This document shows positions 40,323 to 47,018 of a stretch of 47,018 nucleotides of DNA, one piece after another (the stretch's first letter is position 1; each line of letters starts with the position of its first letter). Origin of the DNA: Microbacteriaceae bacterium UBA6152 (GTDB taxonomy: Bacteria > Actinomycetota > Actinomycetes > Actinomycetales > Microbacteriaceae); NCBI GenBank assembly GCA_002423075.1, contig DIUS01000101.1, positions 1-47,018 on the forward strand. Reading direction: 5' to 3'. A program made the position numbers and the translations under genes. The notes below the pieces were generated by a model. The model did no database searches. It saw only the letters and a list, made by a program, of their open reading frames with translations, and was not told the origin of the DNA.

Positions 40323-40808
40323 TCAGCGCACCATGCGACGTTCGAGGTTGCCCTCGAAGTCGGCGAGCACCATGGTGGCGCCGTCGTCGATGAACCCGTT
40401 GCGTGCGTAGAAGGCCGTGGCGCGTGGGTTGCGGTCGAGCACCCAAAGAAAAGCCGGCTCGCGGCCGAGCACGCCGTCGAGCAGGGTTTGCGCGATTCCC
40501 GTGCCATGAGCCACCGTGCGGACGTAGATCGCGAACAGCTCGCGGTCTCGCGGCGGCTCATCCCCCCGAGCGGGGCCGCTCATCGCGAAACCCAGCAACT
40601 CGTTCCCCGCCTCGGCGACGAGCAGGCGGTGGTCGGGCGTCAGTGACGCGAGAGTGGAGGCCCACCGTGTCGCGCTCGACTCGGGCGTGGCGCGGGCCAG
40701 GAAGTCTGCGCTGAGGTGGTGCACGTACGCTTCGCGCCAGCACGCCATGTGCACCGCGCCCAGCGCCGGGGCGTCGTCGGCTGTCACGGGACGGATGAGA
40801 GCATCCAT
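40323..40808 (-). CDS. GNAT acetyltransferase
   Basis: HGTGIA..LL, NPRA..FY..GF. Confidence 0.9.
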   Translation of the reverse strand: MDALIRPVTADDAPALGAVHMACWREAYVHHLSADFLARATPESSATRWASTLASLTPDHRLLVAEAGNELLGFAMSGPARGDEPPRDRELFAIYVRTVAHGTGIAQTLLDGVLGREPAFLWVLDRNPRATAFYARNGFIDDGATMVLADFEGNLERRMVR

Positions 40809-40847
40809 CAGGTCAGCGTAGGCGACGGGCGGCGGGGCGAGCATGGC

Positions 40848-40884
40848 AGAACCCCGGTCGGGTCGAAAGCCCGGCCGGGGTTCT
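40848..40884. terminator. Stem-loop terminator downstream of the DEAD-box gene
   Basis: AGAACCCCGGTCGGGT..GCCCGGCCGGGGTTCT. Confidence 0.75.
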
Positions 40885-40900
40885 TGAGCGTGACGAGCGG

Positions 40901-42475
40901 TTAGCGCCCGCGGCGCTGGCCGCCGGTCGAGTTCGATCGCACGACCTGGCCGACGCGGATTCCGCCGGTGCTCGCGCCACCGGCCGACGAGGCCCGACGC
41001 GAGGCCTGACGGGCGCGGGCAGGAGCCGCGGCTGCGGCGTCGGTGCTGCGAGCGGCCGGTGCTGCTCCGCTCGTCGCGGTGCGCGCGGGAGCCACGTCGG
41101 TGCGGTGCTGAGTCGAGCGCTGGCCGCCCTGCGAGGAGCGCTGACCGCTGCGCTGACCGCCCTGGCCGCCCTGGCCCGAGCGGTTCGAGCGCTTGCGCTG
41201 AGCGTTGGCGCCCTGCGAGCTGCCGCCGCCTTCGGGTTGGCGCTTGAGCACGGCCGGAAGCTCGTGCTCGGCCACGCGCGGCGCGACATCGCCGACGAGG
41301 CGAGTCACGGCCGGCGAGGTCGCGGTGACCTGTTGAGGCTGCACGCGAATGGCGGCCTTGCGCAGCAGGTCGGCGGTGTCACGGCGCTGCTCGGGCAGCA
41401 CGAGCGTCACGACGTCGCCCGCGGCTCCGGCGCGGGCGGTGCGCCCTGAGCGGTGCAGATAGGCCTTGTGCTCGGTCGGCGGGTCGACGTGGATCACGAG
41501 TTCGATGTCATCGACGTGCACACCGCGTGCCGCGACATCCGTCGCCACGAGCACGCGCACGCTGCCGTCGCCGAACGCGGCGAGGTTGCGGTCGCGGGCC
41601 GGCTGCGAGAGGTTGCCGTGCAGGTCGACGGCGGGAATGCCGTCGGCGGTGAGCTGCTTCGCGAGCTTCTTGGCCGTGTGCTTGGTGCGCATGAAGAGGA
41701 TGCGGCGGCCGCTGCCTGAGGCGAGGGCGGTGATCATGCGCTTCTTCTCGTCGGTGCCCGAGAGCTCGAAGACGTGGTGCGTCATGTCGGCGACGGGCGA
41801 GTTGGCCTCGTCGACCGAGTGCGTGATCGGGTCGCTCAAGAAGCGCTTGACGAGCTTGTCGACCCCGTTGTCGAGGGTCGCGCTGAAGAGCATGCGCTGC
41901 CCGCGCGCGGGCGTCGCCGTGAGGATGCGCGTGACGCCGGGCAAGAAGCCCAGGTCGGCCATGTGGTCGGCTTCGTCGAGCACGGTGATCTCGACCGAGT
42001 CGAGCGAGACGAAGCCCTGCTTCATGAGGTCTTCGAGGCGGCCGGGCGCTGCGACGACGATGTCGACGCCACGCTGCAGCTGCTGAACCTGCTTGCCCTG
42101 CGAGACGCCGCCGAAGATCGTCATGGCGCGCATGCCGTACGCCTCGGCCATGGGCTCGATGACGGCGAGAATCTGCGTGGCGAGTTCGCGCGTGGGGGCG
42201 AGGATGAGGCCGAGCGGCTTCATCGGGCGACGGGCCGGGCCCGTGCGCATGCCGAGGCGCGCGACCATCGGGATCGCGAAGGCGAGGGTCTTGCCCGAGC
42301 CGGTCTTGCCGCGGCCGAGCACGTCTCGCCCGGCCAGGGTGTCGGCGAGGGTGTCGACCTGAATCGGAAACGCCTCGGTCTTGCCCTGAGCTTCGAGAAC
42401 CTCGACGAGCGGGTAGGGCACGCCGAGCGCGCTGAATGTGGTGGAGCTGGGGGTGGTGAGTGCAGTGCTGGTCAT
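40901..42475 (-). CDS. DEAD-box RNA helicase
   Basis: GKTGSGKT, PTRELA, DEAD, SAT, HRSGRTAR. Confidence 0.96.
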   Translation of the reverse strand: MTSTALTTPSSTTFSALGVPYPLVEVLEAQGKTEAFPIQVDTLADTLAGRDVLGRGKTGSGKTLAFAIPMVARLGMRTGPARRPMKPLGLILAPTRELATQILAVIEPMAEAYGMRAMTIFGGVSQGKQVQQLQRGVDIVVAAPGRLEDLMKQGFVSLDSVEITVLDEADHMADLGFLPGVTRILTATPARGQRMLFSATLDNGVDKLVKRFLSDPITHSVDEANSPVADMTHHVFELSGTDEKKRMITALASGSGRRILFMRTKHTAKKLAKQLTADGIPAVDLHGNLSQPARDRNLAAFGDGSVRVLVATDVAARGVHVDDIELVIHVDPPTEHKAYLHRSGRTARAGAAGDVVTLVLPEQRRDTADLLRKAAIRVQPQQVTATSPAVTRLVGDVAPRVAEHELPAVLKRQPEGGGSSQGANAQRKRSNRSGQGGQGGQRSGQRSSQGGQRSTQHRTDVAPARTATSGAAPAARSTDAAAAAPARARQASRRASSAGGASTGGIRVGQVVRSNSTGGQRRGR

Positions 42476-42807
42476 TCTGGTGGTGCCTTTCGTGGTTCTC
42501 CGTCCACGCACGCTTGCTCACAGGCGGTGTCGTCAGTTGTTGTCGGTATTCCGCGGAAATGCGACGCACAGTGACGACAGCGCAGGGCTGCGCAGTATGG
42601 AAGGTGTGGCGACGGCGGCAATGGCCGACATCGTTCGCCGTGAGAAAGTATCGAACCGTCTGGATGCGCGAGTCGGTGCGCGTGCAGCGGGAAGAGGAAG
42701 CGTTCTACGACGCAGGAGAGCTGAGAACAGTTCTGCCTATGCCTCCACCGTAGCAGGTGCGCCTGCGCGGCCTGGTTCAGGGCCGTGGCGCGCGGCAGAA
42801 TGTGCCT

Positions 42808-43437
42808 ATGACCGACGACGCGCGTGCACGGTGGAACGAGCGATATCTGGCACGCCCGCGAGTGTGGAGCGGGGCGCCGAACCCGGTGCTCGTCGCCGAG
42901 ACGGTCGCCCTCGCGCCCGGCCGCGCCCTCGACATCGGCTGCGGCGAAGGGGCGGATGCTCTCTGGCTGGCCGAGCGCGGCTGGCAGGTGCTCGGCATCG
43001 ACGTCTCTGACGTGGCCATCGATCGGGCTCGCGACGAGGCTCGATCGCGCACGGAGCCCGGGGGGCCAGGGCTCACCGGCAGCGCGGAGTTCCGCCGGGC
43101 CGATCTGCGCGACTGGCTGCCCGAGAGTCGGACGTTCGATCTCGTCATCGCCTTCTTCGTGCATCTGCCCGTCGATGAGCGCGACCTCGTCTTCACACGC
43201 TTGGCGGCAGCGGTCGCGCCGGCCGGCACTCTGCTGCTCGTGGGCCACGCCGTGAGCGACGCCACCTCGGGAGTGGGACGCCCCTCGGCGCACCTGCTCG
43301 TCGACGAATCCGACCTGTTGCCCTACGCGGCGGGGTTCTCGAGCGTGCACTCGAGCACGCGTGCTCGCGAGGTCGACGGGCCCAGCGAGACGGAACCGCT
43401 CACGGTGCACGACGTCGTGCTGGTCGCGCGCCGCTGA
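42808..43437 (+). CDS. Class I SAM-dependent methyltransferase
   Basis: ALDIGCGEG. Confidence 0.9.
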   Translation: MTDDARARWNERYLARPRVWSGAPNPVLVAETVALAPGRALDIGCGEGADALWLAERGWQVLGIDVSDVAIDRARDEARSRTEPGGPGLTGSAEFRRADLRDWLPESRTFDLVIAFFVHLPVDERDLVFTRLAAAVAPAGTLLLVGHAVSDATSGVGRPSAHLLVDESDLLPYAAGFSSVHSSTRAREVDGPSETEPLTVHDVVLVARR

Positions 43438-43458
43438 GCGGGTGCGGCGCAGAGGGCC

Positions 43459-44103
43459 TCAGAGCACAAGACGACCGTCGCCGTAGCGCTCGCCGACGGG
43501 GATCTCGACGTCGACGACGTTGCCGGGCGGCGCGAGCGGGCAGGCCCAGGCCTCGTCGTAGGCGCACGAGGGGTTGTAGGCGAAGTTGAGGTCGAGCACG
43601 AGCGACCACGGCGCGCGGCCCCCGCCGAGGTCGGCGCCCTTGACGGTGTCGAGCAGGTAGCGGCCGCCGCCGTAGGTGCCGCCCGCAACCGTCGACAGCG
43701 CGTCGCGCACGGGCACGAAGATGCCGCCGCCGTACGAGGCGAGCCGCCAGACGTCGAGCGAGCCGACGCCAGGTACCTCGACGAGCCCGAGCCGCTCGAA
43801 CGGCACGACCCCGTCGGTGCCGGTCTCGACCTCGATGCGCGCGGGCTCAGCATCCTGCAACACGCACTCGAACCGCCACGCCGGATCGTAGGGCTTCACG
43901 CGCAGCCCCGTGAACGACTCGCGGTCGGCGGGCAGCAGCGGCGAGGCGGGGTGGTGGGCGAAGAGCTCGTCGCGCGTGCGGCGCCAGTGGTCGTGCGCCG
44001 CGGGCAGGTCGGTCGCGGCGCGCAGCTCTGCGTAGAGCGCCGCCGTGCGCCGCCGCCAATCGGCGACCGCGAGCGCGCTGACAGCCCGGTCGGGGGTACC
44101 CAT
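43459..44103 (-). CDS. DUF1684 family protein
   Basis: TYGGGRYL, LDLNFAYNPSCAY, CPLAP. Confidence 0.88.
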   Translation of the reverse strand: MGTPDRAVSALAVADWRRRTAALYAELRAATDLPAAHDHWRRTRDELFAHHPASPLLPADRESFTGLRVKPYDPAWRFECVLQDAEPARIEVETGTDGVVPFERLGLVEVPGVGSLDVWRLASYGGGIFVPVRDALSTVAGGTYGGGRYLLDTVKGADLGGGRAPWSLVLDLNFAYNPSCAYDEAWACPLAPPGNVVDVEIPVGERYGDGRLVL

Positions 44104-44126
44104 CGACGATGCCGCGGATGCTGCGC

Positions 44127-44642
44127 TCACGCCGCGCCGCCTCGCGCGCTCCTCGATCCGAACTGCGCCGCCCAGCCCGGCGCGAGCCGACGCAGCTTCT
44201 GCGCGCGCAGCTGCCAGAAGACCCAGAACCCGAGCCACGCAAGGGGCGTCAGCACGCCGGCGCCGACATCGAGGGCATCACGAAACCGAGTGCGAGCATC
44301 CGGTGCGGAGGGGTCGGGGCTGGTCGCCATGCGGTGGTGCCAGCTCGTGACGACGCTCATCGCCCCGCCCAGAGGGCCGCCTTCGTCGTGCACGATGCGG
44401 GTGCCGTCGGAGCGCACCTCATCGCGCAGCTGGATGAGCTGCGTGCCCATCGGCAGCAGGCCGAGCAAGCGCAGCCGAACGCGGTGCTCGGTGTCGGCCC
44501 AGCGCTCGGGGAATCCGCCTGGCTCGAGCGACTCAGCTTTCGTGAACGGCCCCGACACGGCACGGAACACGGCGGGGGAGTGCACGGCCTCCCAGGCTGC
44601 ATCGGGCGGGCAGTCGAGCAGCAGATCGAGTCTCACGCGCAT
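44127..44642 (-). CDS. SRPBCC-like hypothetical protein
   Basis: DAAWEAV, WHHRM, FRD, FWQLR. Confidence 0.7.
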   Translation of the reverse strand: MRVRLDLLLDCPPDAAWEAVHSPAVFRAVSGPFTKAESLEPGGFPERWADTEHRVRLRLLGLLPMGTQLIQLRDEVRSDGTRIVHDEGGPLGGAMSVVTSWHHRMATSPDPSAPDARTRFRDALDVGAGVLTPLAWLGFWVFWQLRAQKLRRLAPGWAAQFGSRSARGGAA

Positions 44643-44677
44643 GCCCCCAGTCTGCGCCACGTCGATACGATCGACCT

Positions 44678-45241
44678 GTGACCGCGCCCCACGATGACGA
44701 TCGCCCCGACGCCCAGCTCCGGTATCAGGTGCGGTTCGACGTCGGCCTCGACGGCGCTCGCCGCATCGGCGGCTCGGCCCACCTGCTGGTATGGTGCGAC
44801 GGCCTCGCGACCGAGCCTGTGCCGGTGGATGCACTGCCGCCGCACGTGGAAGTCATCGACGCGCGCTGCGGAGCCGCCGCGTCGATCGCCGAGCGCCTGC
44901 TGACGCTGCAGGCCGCCCGAGGGGAGCGCACGATGGTCGCGGTCGTCGCGGCGGGGTCGCCCGTCGAGGCTCCCGAGGGCGTCCCGGTCGAAGACCATTT
45001 GCTCGCGGGCGCCGTGATCGACGCCCTGGGCGCGGTCGGCATCGACGCTACGAGCCCCGAGGCCGCGGTCGCGGCGGCGGGCTACCAGGGCCTGCGCGGC
45101 GCGGTCGCGCACATGCTGAGCGCCTCGGTCGGGGGGCGGATGCTCGCCGCGAGTGAAGGACCCGATGCGGTGAGAGCCGCGCGCGAGCGCTGGGAATCGG
45201 CCGAACTCGTCGTGCTGCGGGAATTCGACCTGCCAGCCTGA
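44678..45241 (+). CDS. ComB (2-phosphosulfolactate phosphatase)-like protein
   Basis: QLRYQVRFD, VEDHLLAGAVID, SPEA, ASVGGR. Confidence 0.7.
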   Translation: MTAPHDDDRPDAQLRYQVRFDVGLDGARRIGGSAHLLVWCDGLATEPVPVDALPPHVEVIDARCGAAASIAERLLTLQAARGERTMVAVVAAGSPVEAPEGVPVEDHLLAGAVIDALGAVGIDATSPEAAVAAAGYQGLRGAVAHMLSASVGGRMLAASEGPDAVRAARERWESAELVVLREFDLPA

Positions 45242-45301
45242 GGTTGCGCACTACGCAGTGATTCGTCTCGACCACCGTTCGTCTCGATCGTAGGAGGACC
45301 C

Positions 45302-45604
45302 ATGAAGGCTCACATCAACGGCACCGTCATCGCCGAGGCCGCAGAAGACGACCTCATCAAGATCGAGGGCAACTGGTACTTTCCGCCGTCGAGCATCGTC
45401 GAGGGCTTTCTCTCCGAGAGCCCCACGCCCTACACCTGCCCGTGGAAGGGCGCGTGCCAGTACTTCACCGTGACGGTCGATGGCCAGGCTCTGCAGGACC
45501 GTGCCTGGAGCTACCCGACTCCGTACCCGAGCGGCATCGAGCGCGTGGGCAAAGACTTCAGCAACTATGTGGCGTTCTGGAAAGAGGTCACCGTCTCGGA
45601 GTGA
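45302..45604 (+). CDS. DUF427 family protein
   Basis: IEGNWYFP, CPWKG..Y, AWSYP. Confidence 0.9.
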   Translation: MKAHINGTVIAEAAEDDLIKIEGNWYFPPSSIVEGFLSESPTPYTCPWKGACQYFTVTVDGQALQDRAWSYPTPYPSGIERVGKDFSNYVAFWKEVTVSE

Positions 45605-45617
45605 GACGAAGCCTGCG

Positions 45618-46088
45618 TCAGGCCGCCGGGGGTGCGACGCGCGTCACATCGCGCCACGAGATGATCGCCGCCCGGCTGAAGCCTCTCGAGCATCGCCCGC
45701 ACGACACCTCGCGGCTCGGGCGGCGGAACCGCACGAACTCGTGACCGCTCGGGCACGACCCGCGCCAGCGAGCCCGATCGTCGGCGATCGGGCCGTCGTG
45801 CGTCGTGCCGCCGACGTAGCCCAGGTCGCGCGCGATGCGGCGCCAGGCGGGCCCGTGGCCGGTGCCCGGGCCGGCGAGCGCGTGCGCGACCTCGTGCAGC
45901 AGCGTCTGGTGGATCGCGTCGTCGTCGAACCGCTCGGCCAGGTGCCGCGAGACCGAGATGCGCTTGCGGGCGAAGTCGCACAGCCCCGCTCTGCGGGTCG
46001 CGCGGTCGAAGGTGAAGCTCCACGAGTCGTCGAGATGCAGCGCGATGAGCGCCTCGGCCCAGTGCCGCACCCGGTTTAACTCGCTCAC
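45618..46088 (-). CDS. SprT-like zinc metalloprotease domain protein
   Basis: RRAGLC, LLHEVAHA, HGPAW, C..H..C..C. Confidence 0.9.
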   Translation of the reverse strand: MSELNRVRHWAEALIALHLDDSWSFTFDRATRRAGLCDFARKRISVSRHLAERFDDDAIHQTLLHEVAHALAGPGTGHGPAWRRIARDLGYVGGTTHDGPIADDRARWRGSCPSGHEFVRFRRPSREVSCGRCSRGFSRAAIISWRDVTRVAPPAA

Positions 46089-46157
46089 CCCGTCGATGGT
46101 AGAGGTCACCCCCGACACACGACCTGAGGGCGGCGGCGCGGCGGTCGTGCGGCGGAG

Positions 46158-47018
46158 TCAGTCGCGGCGATCGAGTGGCACGGCGATGAGCCGGTCGTCA
46201 TCGGCGCCCGGGCTGCCGTTCGCGTCGGTGTTGCTCGTGACGATGAGCAGACCACCGTCGCGCGACGCGACCGCGTCGCGCAGGCGACCGAGCTCTCTCA
46301 CGAAGAAGGCCGTGCTCGTTCCGGGGTCGTCGATGTCGATCGCCCACAGTCGCTGCCCGCGCAGCGACGCGAGAAAGAGGGTGTCGCCCACGATGCCGAG
46401 CCCGCTCGGGCTCGCTTCGCTCGTGGCCCACTGCTGCACCGGGTCGACGTAGCCCGCGCGACCGCCGATGCCTTCGACGACCGGCCAGCCGTAGTTCGAC
46501 CCTGCCTCGATGCGGTTCAGCTCGTCCCAGGTGTTCTGGCCGAACTCGGCGGCCCAGAGCTGGCCCGTGCGATCGAACACGAGCCCCTGGGGGTTCCGAT
46601 GCCCGAACGAATAGGTGTACGACCCCTCGATGGGGTTGTCGAAGGGAACATCGCCCTCTGGCGTCAGCCGCAAGATCTTGCCGGCGAGCGAGCGCGGGTC
46701 TTGCGAGAGGCCGGTCTGCTGGGCATCGCCGGTGGTCGCGTAGAGCATCCCGTCCGGTCCGAAGGCGAGCCGGCCGCCGTTGTGGTTCCGCGCTTTCGGG
46801 ATGCCCGCGAGCAGCACCTCGACGCTGCCCAGGTCATACGACCCCGGTGCGCCGGTGAGCGCCATGCGCACGATGCGGTTGTCGCTCTGCGCGGTCAAGA
46901 AGGCGTAGAGGTACGGCGTGCCCGTGTCGCGAGCGGCGATGCCGAGGAGCCCGCCCTCGCCACCCGGCACGACCCCCGGCACCGTGGCGACGACCCGCAC
47001 GTCGCCGTCGGGCATGAG
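46158..47018 (-). CDS. PQQ-dependent sugar dehydrogenase (5' end outside window)
   Basis: GEGGLLG, HNGGRLAFGPDG, GHRNPQG, NYGWP. Confidence 0.92.
   Translation of the reverse strand, partial: LMPDGDVRVVATVPGVVPGGEGGLLGIAARDTGTPYLYAFLTAQSDNRIVRMALTGAPGSYDLGSVEVLLAGIPKARNHNGGRLAFGPDGMLYATTGDAQQTGLSQDPRSLAGKILRLTPEGDVPFDNPIEGSYTYSFGHRNPQGLVFDRTGQLWAAEFGQNTWDELNRIEAGSNYGWPVVEGIGGRAGYVDPVQQWATSEASPSGLGIVGDTLFLASLRGQRLWAIDIDDPGTSTAFFVRELGRLRDAVASRDGGLLIVTSNTDANGSPGADDDRLIAVPLDRRD

Overview
High-GC actinobacterial chromosome window; gene content suggests Microbacteriaceae. Positions 1-15748 hold an apparently complete, very small (15,723 bp att-to-att) temperate siphovirus prophage integrated at the 3' end of a probable tRNA-Arg(ACG). 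It carries replication, HNH/terminase, portal, protease-capsid fusion, short tail, lysis and tyrosine integrase modules. An unannotated XRE repressor (244->1, minus strand) reads straight through the att core. Integration is therefore predicted to truncate it (84 aa in the prophage vs 114 aa in the excised circle), an integration-dependent immunity switch. Between attR and the integrase lies a chain of six translationally coupled mini-genes whose 3' ends share a DNA motif and imperfect hairpins, a candidate gene-cassette array. The protease-capsid ORF has a second in-frame start, and both starts begin with the same SHOCT-like peptide. Positions 15.75-47 kb are mostly host core genes (psuG/psuK, photolyase, upp, tadA, proC, trkA/H, bS22, SRAP, nei, lhr, DEAD-box helicase). 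They include an unannotated Met/Cys-rich leader peptide upstream of an orphan OmpR-type regulator and a candidate sRNA. All family assignments come from motif recognition only; no database searches were run.
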